This document shows positions 1-12,160 of a stretch of 64,000 nucleotides of DNA, in pieces. Every line of letters begins with the position of its first letter. Position 1 is the stretch's first letter. The notes below the pieces were generated by a model that saw only the letters and a list, made by a program, of their open reading frames with translations, searched no databases and was not told the DNA's origin. The stretch is from Bispira polyomma (taxonomy: Eukaryota). The stretch covers positions 31,620,001 to 31,684,000 of the forward strand of contig OZ287756.1 of assembly GCA_965649765.1 (NCBI GenBank), given 5' to 3'. The translations under genes were made by a program, and so were the position numbers.

Positions 1-645
1 TCCACAAATTAATTGCGAGTTCATAATTTTCGGAAAAGACTAACTCCTTTTAGGCCCCGTAGAACACGAAATATGTAAGAAAGTCAACTTTACTCAAAAT
101 GTTGATACCAGTTTAATATAATGCTACAAGGATTCATCTCCATTTTATTTAAACAACCACAAAGTTCATTTGACACTTACAATCCCATGTAGCCTATAAT
201 TAAACTTAATCATGTAAATGTGTAGCTAGCCTTAACATATTCTAATTTTATAAATAAAATACAATTATTTGAAGTTGTAAATTTTGAGAAAAGTTTGTTG
301 TTGACTGTTTTACACCAATAAAATAGACGTGAAACCCTTTTTACCTGTTACAAGACTCTCTCTCCATTTTGTTTAAAGAACTACCAGGTTCATTTGACAA
401 TTGTAATTTCCATGTAACATATAATTCAGCTTAAGCATGTAAATTTGTGTAGCTGACTTTAATATATACTAATTTTACAAATATAATGTACTTATTTGCA
501 GTGACTCAAATTGGAGACAATCCTTTTTCCTGACTGTTTCTGTACTAATGCAATAGATTCAAAACTGTATTATCTTTATTACTATCATTTGTATTGTAAT
601 TCGAGTACAAATTACATGGTATATATACTCATACCAAGTTGGCTA

Positions 646-1068
646 CTTTATGTCGTGGTCACACTGAGTACATTCGTGTTATGTATTTTTTTTTCGTTAA
701 CGGGAGTAAATGAAGTGAAAAACCGTGGGAAAATAGAGAAACCTAGCAAAAATCTATGTATGGGCCGCTTTGTACACATTCAGTACGTATCTGTACACGT
801 TTGTACACATATTTAATAAGTTTTAATAGCTATTTCAATTATGTTGAACTCGTTAGCCACGTTTTAATATTACGTTAGCCACGTTAGCCACATTTTTAGA
901 AATAAGTTAGCCACACTTCTAAACCTATTTCATTCTCGTTCTCCTCATTTTTAATGTTTGTAAACCTATTTCGTCCTCATTCTCCTCGTCCTTAATATTT
1001 ATTTGTACGTATAGTTTGTTTTACTCCAGTCCTTTATGTCGTAAGCTCAGTGTGACCACGGCATTAGG
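646..1068. mobile_element. MITE-like non-autonomous DNA transposon (TA target site)
   Basis: ~25-bp terminal inverted repeats (tactttatgtcgtggtcacactgag / ctcagtgtgaccacggcattaggta) with TA at both outer ends; internal short repeats (gttagccac, tgtacac); no ORF. Confidence 0.7.
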
Positions 1069-2832
1069 TAATGCATCTGTTGTTAGCAAGAATATCAAAA
1101 GCATGCTAAACAATATTCAAGATTAGTAAAGATAAACTTTTTGTCACTAAGAGTAACAGTTTAATCACTGCAGTGTTCTATCATGCAATCATGCAACCTG
1201 ACAAAGCAACATTTGTGTTAATACAATTGATATGACTGGTGAAAGAAAAAACTTAAACAAAAAAACCTAAGTTGCAAACAACATCAGGAGGATATAGCCA
1301 GTTATCTAGTATGTTCAGTGCTATGGAACCAAAAACACTGTTTGAACGAAATAAAATAAATTCATCTTATTGCGATTTACACGTACTTTGTTTACCCTCA
1401 TCCAGGTGTAAACATCAGTAAGATAGGCTAAGAGAGTTGGATAAACGATTGTTTGTCTTGTATAGAAATTATACTAAACTGTTTTGAATTCTTTAATCAC
1501 TAGGTTTAGTTGGTTAGAGTACAATGATAACAATACTAAGTCCCACCAAAGCTCCACAAAGATGATACTAACAGTGTTACTAATGGCAAGTACACCACAC
1601 ACATTATAAATGCCATGTTTACAAAGGTCATATAAGTTTCTAATGAAGTAACTTCCATGAAAACTGTTTCTGTTAAAAGACAAAATTTTGCATGATGGCA
1701 TTATATATTTTGAAGAATTGGAAAAAAATGTAGCTTAAATAATAAAAAACTAATTCCAAACTAAATTATTGGAGGCCTGAAATGTCCATTACAGTATTGT
1801 ATTTATAGTTAACTAGTATTTACATAATATATAACATTGTTACACTTACCTTTGTCAAGATAAATAAACACAAAAAGATAGATAATATACCACTGAAAGT
1901 TTAATTTATACTCCATTATATATTATTATGTACACACTGCCATACTGTCAATGACATGTAATCCTTCTTATAACTTCCTTAACTTGAATGTGTATGGTGT
2001 TTTACAAAAACACTTACACATAGACTGTCATGTGAAGCCTGCGTATACGTCCTTATAGAGTACATATACCAAATAATGTAACTATTTGTTTTCACCTTAT
2101 GCTCAGTGATCCAAAAGATTCATATTCAAACAACTTTAGTTACATATTATGGCTTGTAAATATACCACATGAAACGGTAACCTTTCCAATAGCAACCATT
2201 CACTACATTACTAATTTGGATGAAATATGATTTAAAATAAACATTTAACTTCTGTGTTGAACCAAATGAAATACTTTCATGGTTTCATGTCTATAATGGT
2301 TTAGTAACAAAACCGCATAACATGATTGCCAATAAACACCAAATATATTAAATAACATATACTGCTGTTATAACTGTGTTTTAGCATTTTTAATGCAGAT
2401 ATTTATTCCTTTCAAGGTAAAGTCCTTAGATAAGATTATTCTATCAATCAAAAATGTGTTTCAACCTGAATTCAATTTATGAGCCTACTGCGATGCAAAT
2501 ATACATAACTATTGTGAATATAATATATAACAACAACAACTCATTGACAAAGAACCCACACATATAAAATTGGAATAATATTGCCACAATACAATTGATT
2601 TTAATTTAACACAAGAGAACGAGAATGCATGTGAACAAATTATAGCAAATGTTCCCACATCCCGTAAAATGTACATCCAGAAAATCCTGCATCTAATTTG
2701 CCTAAATTATTTCATTAACATAAATAAATATATATTCATAATTTTATGTACAATTTCTATATACAATTTTTCTAAATACAATTTATCAGTCAATGATCCT
2801 TCAATTTTTATTCTATAAATCAGGCCAACAGC

Positions 2833-4700
2833 AGCCCTAAGCCTATGTGAGTTCTGGAACGCATCTGAAATTTTGTAATGGTGCTGTTCCACTACCACGA
2901 ACGGTCGTGGAGAGGCCCCAATTATGCGATCGTGAGCAATCTTTGGCATTTCCCCACTATGTTTTAAAAAAAGGGCGGGAAAAAATGCGTCATTACGACC
3001 TGTTAGATAAGTCGTACTACCTCCTCGATAAGTTTTGGGCGTACTACTACGTCACAGTTTTGCGCTCCTGACATCCCAATTGGTAAAGATAAGTCGTAGG
3101 AATCTCCCGACCTCCCCGATAAGTCGTCAGCATTAAAACCAATCAGCCAAATTACTCATCAGGATCACATTTTTGGGCTCCCGACCTCGACTATTACAAA
3201 AGATAAGTTGTTGGAACTTCTTACGATCTAAGAGATAGGTTGTAAGCGCGTTACAATCCAGTCGCTGGACACTAAGATAAGTCGACCGATGGAACTGTTC
3301 ATCCAGATTGAAATTTTGGTTGTAACAATCGGTGGGTTTAAAACTTGAATCCAAGGAGTTTTCCCACAAAGAATAATTTATCTAGCAAATGGACTTAGGG
3401 CTTTATTTGCCTACATGCAACACAACTGATGGTTATTATGGACATCAAAGGTAGGATAAGACGATTAAGAAGGCAAAGGGAAGCACTGAATGTACAGCCT
3501 CAGCCTCAGGTGGCTAGAAGACGAAGGACAAGGCAAAAAAAACCCAGCTCAAACATTGTTTTTGGCTGTTTTGGGTGGCCCTTAAAAAAGCCTTTTGGTG
3601 TCTCTATAGGGACTGATGAAGCAGGAGGAGGAAGAGAGGCTGCGTCTACACGTCAGTGGTTGTAGTGCTGCTACTGGTGCTGGCTCGTGGTTGAGTACTT
3701 GGGATGACATTGGTTGGAGTGCTCAGGGTGGAATCTGTTTGCTGTGCATCTGGATTAAGAGGTGTGAACGGCTCAGGAGTGTCTATGTTCTGGTAGCTGA
3801 GACCCTCAGTCACTGACTCAAAACTTCTGAGAAGAGATGAGGCATTCAGTATGTCTAATACTCCTTCCACTGATGCTGGGTTTGTGTACTGGTGGCTGGT
3901 GCTGGCTACGGCACTTGCAGATTTCATAATAGATGGTGCGGTGTGTGGCACCTGGACTGTTGACTGTGGCCTAACAGGACAAGGCTGAATAGGTTGTGGC
4001 ACTCTTAGCTTGGGTTGCTTGGGTTGCTCTTGTACTGTGGTTGTTGCTATTGAGGTAGGTTAATGCCTCTCTGTCAACTCAGGTGTTGCCTAGCCAGACA
4101 TTCTGATGCTCAGCTTGCCATTAAAAGCACTCTATGATTGAAACAACTTGTACAATCTCTTACCCGAGCAGAACCCCAGCCACAACATGTCTTTCACCTG
4201 ATTGTTTTTGTATCGTGGGTCCCTCTTGTTGCATAGCCATTCATGGTCCCGCACAAAGTCCAATAGTGCCTCATCCTCTGCATCACTGAATATGACCTCA
4301 TGCATCTTCCCATTTTTCTGTTTCCTCAATATGGAAGCCACCTCTCCATCCCCAGCTGTGTCAATCTCATCCTCCTGGGTTCCCTCCTGTTCCATCACTG
4401 GTGTCAGTGATCACTGAGAAAGCTGTGTCGCATATATGACAAGGGGCACTCTCACATCATATTGTCGGTTCTCCTTATCCTGTGCCTACACATGCTTCTC
4501 CATCCTCATGTTTTAATCTTTCTCTTTGGTGCCACAATGCTTAAAATTTTCTAACTGTAATATGTTATTCTCAAAAAAACAACAAAGTCCTATTCTTAAT
4601 AATAATCTCTGTCTATAGAATTTTTAATTGTTGTGAAGTCTCCAAGGTGTTGTAGCTGCATGTAGATCGCTGTCACTGGCCCCCTTATATACCCTCAGAA
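2833..4700 (-). mobile_element. Degenerate PIF/Harbinger-like relic carrying a MADF (Myb/SANT-like) gene fragment; boundaries approximate
   Basis: ORF 4132-4398 (FSDAEDEALLDFVRDHEWLCNKRDPRYKNNQVKDMLW) resembles a MADF domain, followed by low-complexity P/Q/S/T coding remnants; repeated gataagtcg motifs at 3005-3285; no transposase or paired TIRs found. Confidence 0.45.
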
Positions 4701-7700
4701 TGAATTGAATGAATTAGTGGGGGAAATGCCATGTGACCAATTATTTAATTAGGGAGAAAAGGGTAAGCACTAAATACACAATGACACAAAATGTGTGGTC
4801 TCTTGGAATCTAGAATACCTTCAACAAGATAAATAAGCACACATACATGAATAGTGTAACACATTAGATTAATTTTATACTCCATTATTTTCCCAAATAT
4901 ATTGATATTTTTCTACATCAACATGTTCTCAATCGCATATATTCTTCCTTAACTTTTATAAATATATGTAATTTTACATACACATGATAGACTTCACTTC
5001 TAACCCAAATGATATTAAACCTGTTTATTACTTCCTTGTAAAATGCACTGGTCTGGTGTATGAAATAACATGAAGATCAACTTTTCCACTACGCTTAGTG
5101 AACTAGAGTATTTATTCAGACAACTTTAATCCTACATAGTGTCAACATATGTTACTTTAAAAAAATAATTTGCCACATAAAACAGTAAACCTGTTCAAGA
5201 GGACCCTTTCATGACATCACAAAATTGGATATTGGATATTTATTGTTGGTGATCATAAATAACACTTTCCTTTGTATAAGATACAGAATTGGTTCTATTG
5301 TTCACTTGCAGTAAATTCAGAATTTAGGAATACAAAAGATGCCACAGTGACATATCATATTATGCGTTAATACTTAATTGATTGCAGAAATAACTTACTA
5401 ATGGGAAAAATGTACTATTTAAATTTATATCATATAACACTTCACAATTATGTTGGGGGGGGGGGGGGGTATATCCTAATGGGTTTTAGTGGTGTATATT
5501 TGAGCATGTATGCAGCATGACAACATATGAGTCTAATGATTCAGTTCTCCTCTTTTTTCATACACTACTTCAATCCCTAGGTGCAAAGTTGAACATTATT
5601 CTTTACTCTATCCATCCTCTCTCTCATTACATTATTTTAAATTGAATGCGCTCATTATACATGACAGCATCAGCTCTCAGTTTCTAGAATTGAGGCATAA
5701 TGCAAACATGCATGTACCCAATAACTAACACACATATTAATGCCAGCCTACTGGCTGGCATAAAATCAATTTGAGTAGGGTTTGCGTGGTGTTTGAGGGA
5801 GCTGACGTAATATACATAAACATACATAACCTGACGTGAAAGATGACATGCCAGAAATTTATAATTTCCAACCATTTGAAATTTGGACACGCAAACCACA
5901 TAAGATTGATACATGGTTTACCGTAATATTTGTGTGAGGTTTGTGAGAGATGGCGTAGTATAACGTGGTTTGACGTAGCCAAACGAGTGTTAACGTAATG
6001 CACGTAATACAGCATAAGAATACATAGAAATTGACGTAGTAATATCTATATTAACATTAAAAATTCCGCCTTACGAAAGATTACATAGACATACGTACAT
6101 ATAACGTAATAAATTATGTGACTTAACATAATATTACGGCCTTCAATGTGTACAGATGTGTGCCACTTAAAACATAATTTTTATGTGAATTGTTGCAACA
6201 GCTGTGAGTCTTTACATGTATTAAAATAAAATTACGTGGATCTCTGCATAAGTTAATGCCTTTGACATAATAATAAAATATAAATTGATTACTGCATGGA
6301 CTTTTGCATCAAATATTTGCGTGGTAAACATAGGCTAACGTAAATCCAGTGGGACTGGGACATAACACTAAATTAGGGGCCACATAATGGGTTCCCACAA
6401 AAACACCCACCTTTGGAAACTCAGACCAACACTAGTCAGTCTAAAATAAATTCTGAGGCTGCAATTTTGGAAGGAAATGATTTGTTGGACCATTTACAAT
6501 TATTTTACATGTGTTTTAGTGTCTCACTCACAAGTGTTTAGTTTAATTAGGATATATATCACCTACAAGATGTAAACATATGGCTCTATAATATGGGGCC
6601 AAAGGTGCATAATACTAAATAGTGCTACCAAGGAGAAGTGCAACAAGTGTCAGAGAAGACACACACCTCCTCTGGGGGCCGAGTGTAAGTGATCCAGGCC
6701 AGAGGATCACACCATCTTAAATGCTGAGTCTGAAGGGCACACAATGGAGTCGCATATCAGTGGAGAGTTCCAATCAGGATGATGCATGTCAGAGGAAAAA
6801 GGAGGCCACTGCAAGAAGAGCCAGCAACAAGGACGTCCTCGACCAGCTCGACACCTTCATGGACAAGTTTGATAATAACGAACATAGAGTGAGTACACAA
6901 AAGTGACAGCGGGATGCAGAGCTATTTCTCCATTCAAACCCTCCACGCATAGCTCTCCTAAACCGGTGAAATCCAGTAGACATGGCATCAATTCGTGGGC
7001 GCCTCATTCAGGTGTACAGAAACTGATTCGATCATCCAGGAGGAGGTTAACCAAAGGCTGAGAGAATATGATGACTTTTTAAGGGAGGAAGCACCAGGTA
7101 CCGGAAAAAGCAAACATAATTTGAAATCAGAGAGATACAGAGTAGGGGATCAGAGAGTAAAAGTTGCCGTCCCTGCTTTGGATGCTAGAGGAAAACCTTA
7201 ACATGCCCACAAACAAAAACTATATTACAATGGGTGTAGGGCTAGATATATGCTTCACAAGAGAGATGATCAGATTCGAAAGAATATGCTGCACTACCAT
7301 TTTCTGCTTATACAGGATGCAGTGGATCTCTCATAGCGCAGGGCTAATTCAGCTTATGCTGCCATTTCGTCTGAAATAGAAAGGGGAAATTTACCATGGG
7401 ATGACAGTATAGACAGAGTTGGGCAAATATTTGCCCAGAGTCAGGAAACTGCGGACAGAAAAGATCAGAGGGTTTGATGAAATAAATAGGTATCCCTTAA
7501 GTGCAGTCAGTACACCTGGGAGGTTTTCCAATTTCCGCAGCCGCAACATAATGTGTGTGAAATAACAAGTTTTGACCTATCTCAGGTCATGTGTAGTGCT
7601 GGTAATATCAACCAAAATAGTAGTATTAGTACAGGTTGCTTTAGTCTAGGGCTTGTTAATAATGTGCAGTGTAGCTGCATTCAAAAGTTTTGTACGGTAA

Positions 7701-7887
7701 ACCAGGACATTAGCAGTCTTGATTGCTAGTATAGTTTTACTACAACAGAAGGCACACAGATTAGCTGTGAGGTCACAGGCACAGGTACACAGATACTTTT
7801 GATACCACAAGTGGGTGATAGTTTAATGTTTAGCAACATGGAAGGTTTCACTCACCTCTCACTTGCTTAGAAATTATCCAACATGAC

Positions 7888-8041
7888 CAGTCCAATGGTG
7901 GTGTGAAAAGTTATAAGTTAATAAGTAAGTTTATTATAAGACAGTAAAAGATTGCATTTGAGGTTTTTATTTACATGTTAGCTTATGTACAGGTTGACAA
8001 TCAAAGTCAGTTAAAATTTCAGGATGGAATTTTAAGCCCCA
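7888..8041 (-). repeat. E1 terminal repeat B2
   Basis: Identical to 9140-9293; contains AATAAA on the element sense strand. Confidence 0.95.
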
Positions 8042-8653
8042 TCACGGCTACCATAAAATACAGCCGGGTCAAAAATAAAAACCCATAACAAAGCTAATAA
8101 TAAGCTAAGAGACAATCACAAATATAAAGAATAGTGTAAACCCCTCAGTCACACCAGACTTTGGATTAGAACCAATAAAATAACCTCAAAAGAGGAAAAT
8201 ACATTTAAATACATTGATTACTATAAACATGACTATCATTAACATCACCTTCAACTAGTTCATTGTGTGAATAATGTACTGTAATATACAACAAAGTTAC
8301 TTTTGGTGACTAAGATACTAAGAACAATTTCAGGGGATAAACTTCCCTGTTTACTGTAAATTCTGACATGTATTTGTGATACATGGATACTAATTGACGC
8401 TAGGTGATCGTGTACAAAAAGGTGCCCTTGTGGGGACCACACGTGTACCCAAGTTATCGTCATTGTGTCTAAATTGGTACGTTGTGTTACTTATTCAACA
8501 AGTGGTATTAACTAGCTCAGTAAGCGTCCCTTGGATCGTTAACTTGAGTCATATGAAGCTGACCACTCTAATGTCGCGTATGTTATAACCCCATATGAGT
8601 CAATGTTCAACTATGCTTATAAATTGAAAATAAGTCCATGCAAGAGAGAACAT

Positions 8654-8826
8654 GCAACGTAGTAACAGCAGGACCCCGGGCCTTGGACACCAACCGCCTA
8701 GCAGGGTGAAGTCCAACCTCTCAGAGCCCCTTATTCCACTCTGGAACCCCAGTGGTGAACTCAGAGGAGGGAGTAAGAAGGAAGGACCCCAGACCCACAC
8801 AGCCCGGAGCCCGGCCGCCACGTTGC
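8654..8826 (-). ncRNA. Putative structured RNA element in the E1 A2-B2 spacer
   Basis: Long closing stem rich in G-U pairs that works only on the minus strand; homolog with retained pairing at 33362-33544. Confidence 0.6.
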
Positions 8827-8916
8827 CGTCAAACCTGCCTGGATAACCTTATGCATCAGAGAACCTTAAAATTTCTATAAATCCTTAATAACGCTGTGGT
8901 AAGGGGAGGTGGTGGG

Positions 8917-9293
8917 TTTCAATTTTCTAAATGTCCTGTCTACAGGTGAAAACACAAATTCAATATGGAGGATAGCTATCCTAGCTTAGGGGTCACTAAT
9001 AGCTAATGCTGTGATTGGACAAGGCCCAGATGGACAGAAAGTTGGATAATGCTATTGCATTCGCTAGGGATTAAGGTAGTGTGATAGAAAAAGGAGGTTG
9101 GACTGAACTAGCAGTCCCCTGGGGTGGACTTGCTATGCACAGTCCAATGGTGGTGTGAAAAGTTATAAGTTAATAAGTAAGTTTATTATAAGACAGTAAA
9201 AGATTGCATTTGAGGTTTTTATTTACATGTTAGCTTATGTACAGGTTGACAATCAAAGTCAGTTAAAATTTCAGGATGGAATTTTAAGCCCCA
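8917..9293 (-). repeat. E1 internal B1-A2 repeat (circle-junction copy), junction at 9139/9140
   Basis: A2 8917-9139 matches 15223-15445; B1 9140-9293 matches 7888-8041. Confidence 0.95.
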
Positions 9294-9300
9294 AGCCCAA

Positions 9301-10271
9301 CTAAGAAGGAGGGATAGCAGCAGCAAAGAGAGGCACCACTGAAGCAGCTTGGGAGGTCTTCTGTAGGTAGGTCCATACAGCTGAAGACCTCCACAGGCCA
9401 TGGGACATAATATTCTGCAGTGATACGTTTTTATTGAAAGCAAATGTGGCCCCCGACCTCCTAAATGTGTGGAACCCGTGTGAATGGTATGGAATGCCTA
9501 TGTGTTCTAAGACTCTCTGTAATGCGACTCTCACATGTGTCTCTATGACTGGGTAAAATGGTGGTGAGTTAACTGCAAACAGTGGTGCAGATGGAGGGAG
9601 AGGCCTAGACAAGATAAGCTGCTGTATAGCCCTTACTGGACATAAAATTTGGTTTTGAAGTGCAGGAATTTGTATAATGTGGGAGTCTGATCTGTTTTGA
9701 AGGTTCTTAGCCCATTTCAAGATGACATGGGCCCCAGGAGGGGCAAAGATAATATCCTGTCTAAGAAAGTGCCTAGATGGGTCAAACGCTGCCCTAGAGT
9801 GAGAAGCCAGATTGGAAAGTCTCAAGAAGCCGAAAAAGGCTAGAAGGAAAATAGCCCTAAAAAGTACTGGATCCTGCAATATCTGACAAGCTTGGGATAT
9901 CTGTGTTAACTGATGTATATCAAACAATCCCTTAGGTCTAGGCCTGAAAGTAGAGTTGATGGTAATGCTTCTCGTAAATAAAGAAACAGAGTTGTGTGTA
10001 AAAGGAGCCATACTCCACTGTAATTTGTTAGCCATAAATTTAAGTGATGAGAGGTAATTGGCAATGACAGCCGGTGAAAGGCTATTCTGTGCTAAGTATT
10101 CTAAGAAAGCCAGAACTGATGAAACATTAATGTGTTTAATGCCAGCAACATGTAAGAAAGCTAAAAATGTCTTGAATTGGTTACTGTAAGCTGTAGTGGT
10201 CTTTGGTCGCAGTGCCAAGTCTATTCTGTTGCAGGCTAATTGAACAAGTGTATGAGTGGAACTGGCAGAAC
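9301..10271 (-). CDS. Tyrosine recombinase of E1 (probably exon 2 of a spliced Gag-YR mRNA)
   Basis: Catalytic R (GFLRLSN), K (WAKN), HxxR (HTFRR), H (HGLW), Y (WTY) all present; frame open up to the tttcag acceptor at 10272-10273; no ATG at the start. Confidence 0.92.
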
Positions 10272-10277
10272 CTGAAA

Positions 10278-12107
10278 TTACACAGATAAGGCCAGGTCAA
10301 AGTACCTTATAGGGACCTCATTCCATTTATAACAATTTTGTAATTTAACAGTTAGCTCTGCAGTAGGAGGTTTATCTGAAAAAAGTCTAGAAAGCGCATC
10401 TGCAATCACATTATTTTTCCCTGGAATGTGTTGTATGTCAATTGTGATGTCATGTGTGGCTGCAAGCAGCCAGATATTCCTTAAACATGAGGCCAGAAAG
10501 TCATCCTTAGTTTTTTGTGAATTCACAACCAGTACTACGGCCATGTTGTCACAGTGAAACAAAACCCGTTGATGCGCCCACTTTAATGCCCATACACGCA
10601 ACGCGAGAATGATATTCAGCATCTCTAAGTGAACTATTGTCAACTCTCTGCCAAAAACATTGAAATATGGTGTAGCGTACACCTCATCTTTCCACACGCC
10701 TCCTAAACCGGTAAGGCAAGCGTCTAAATGTAACTCACTCATGTTTTGAATCATAGGATGGTCAATGAAAGTTACTCCGTTAAATGTCTGTAAGAACTGC
10801 TTGAACCACGCTAAGTCGTTCCGCATGTCTTGAGAAATAGCAAATTTTTTCTTACCCTCGTTGTTTCTAAATGCGTGAAGCAGTCTATTAATAAAAGTGC
10901 GTGCCGGCTTGACGCATTTGTGCACATACAGAAGTTTCCCTAAGAGGGACTGAAACCGACTGCGCGTTATGAAGCGCCTGTTAAACACGTCGCACACACA
11001 TTCAAGAATCTCTTCTATTTTCCCATGCTGGATGCTAATAGTACCAGCAACAGTGTCAATATTAATACCCAAACAAGTAATGCTAGTACTAGGTGGGGTG
11101 CGTTTGTTGGCATTCATGGGGAGACCTAAATAGTCTAGCAGTTTGGTCAAAATCTGAAAACCCCTGTGAGCCTCTACTCTATTGGAGACGCAAATGTAAT
11201 CGTCGATGTAGCAGAACATATTGAAACCGTTTTTGCACATATATGATGCTATTGCGTCAGAGCAGTGTTGAAACGCCGCGCTGCCATGAATCCAGCCAAA
11301 TGCCACCGCAGGATCTATGTAACTACCCTCTTCAAACTGGATTCCTAATTTTACAGCGTCGACAGGATCTACACGCAAATTACGGAAAGTGCAAGCTACG
11401 TCGATTTTAAACAATACCGGATCATCTGTGACTTTGACCGCACTAGTAATATCATCGATTGTAGGAAATTTCAGAATAAATTTTTTCCCATCAAACATAT
11501 TCTTATCAACATTCTCATTAAGCGAATTGCCTTGTGGGTATGAGAGGTTCAGAATTACCCTACGACTAGTAATGTCCTTGGGACGTGTGAGAAGTGGTGA
11601 ACAATGGTAATGTGAGGAGCTAACCTCCTTCACTGGGCCCAACATGGCACCCTTATTACTTTCTTTAACCAGATATTCTCTCACACTACTTGTGTGTTGG
11701 AGGGCAGAATAATGATTGGTAACAGAGGCATTGTTAAGCATTTCTGGATTGGTGAGAGAAAGAGGAAAGCCGAATCTAATGTACTGACACAGCAACTGGT
11801 CAGGATAATCTTGGAAAACTTCATCCCATGCATCTGGATTAAGTCCTGACACCAGGGGAACCCTTGCTTGTCTATAATTGGGAAGTGCAGTGTCTCTGAT
11901 AACAGAAGCCACTTGCAGCATGTCTTCTACTGTTTCAATTCTCTTAACAGGTTTGTCAGGACCTATGAATGTGAATGCTGTTGAGGAAAGTGCCAAGAAA
12001 CCCATGGTTTTCTCGGGGTCATTAAAGTCCTTAATTTCTTTGTACAAATCCTTGTTTGCTCGAACACTATCAACCATTTGAGTGAATTCATTGCTCGACG
12101 AGTTCAT
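10278..12107 (-). CDS. Reverse transcriptase-RNase H of E1 (C-terminal part of pol)
   Basis: 609-aa ORF with DIRS-type RT (FGW..GS..FQ, YIDD, CLGINID) and RNase H (LDAC, LEMLN, CDN, NVIADALSR). Confidence 0.95.
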   Translation of the reverse strand: MNSSSNEFTQMVDSVRANKDLYKEIKDFNDPEKTMGFLALSSTAFTFIGPDKPVKRIETVEDMLQVASVIRDTALPNYRQARVPLVSGLNPDAWDEVFQDYPDQLLCQYIRFGFPLSLTNPEMLNNASVTNHYSALQHTSSVREYLVKESNKGAMLGPVKEVSSSHYHCSPLLTRPKDITSRRVILNLSYPQGNSLNENVDKNMFDGKKFILKFPTIDDITSAVKVTDDPVLFKIDVACTFRNLRVDPVDAVKLGIQFEEGSYIDPAVAFGWIHGSAAFQHCSDAIASYMCKNGFNMFCYIDDYICVSNRVEAHRGFQILTKLLDYLGLPMNANKRTPPSTSITCLGINIDTVAGTISIQHGKIEEILECVCDVFNRRFITRSRFQSLLGKLLYVHKCVKPARTFINRLLHAFRNNEGKKKFAISQDMRNDLAWFKQFLQTFNGVTFIDHPMIQNMSELHLDACLTGLGGVWKDEVYATPYFNVFGRELTIVHLEMLNIILALRVWALKWAHQRVLFHCDNMAVVLVVNSQKTKDDFLASCLRNIWLLAATHDITIDIQHIPGKNNVIADALSRLFSDKPPTAELTVKLQNCYKWNEVPIRYFDLALSV

Positions 12108-12160
12108 CTATATTTTATCACAAATCAGACTGTTTACAGTCTCACTTGGTTTTTGTGTAC

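Noticed and set aside
2840-6337. agcctatgt / acataggct as Harbinger TIR pair
   Set aside because: Only 9 bp match; chance cannot be excluded
8600-8821. Short ORFs at 8600-8821 and 33360-33554 sharing RLDFxLLGxWxP as a conserved peptide
   Set aside because: Non-ATG starts and similarity limited to a short block; base-pairing explains the conservation better, though a peptide is not formally excluded
8700-8870. Hammerhead ribozyme (CTGATG/CTGAGA motifs on the minus strand)
   Set aside because: No correctly placed GAAA and cleavage triplet with stems I-III could be built by eye
12108-12110. TAG before the RT ORF as a second readthrough site
   Set aside because: Aligns with a Tyr codon in E2, so it is best read as a nonsense mutation
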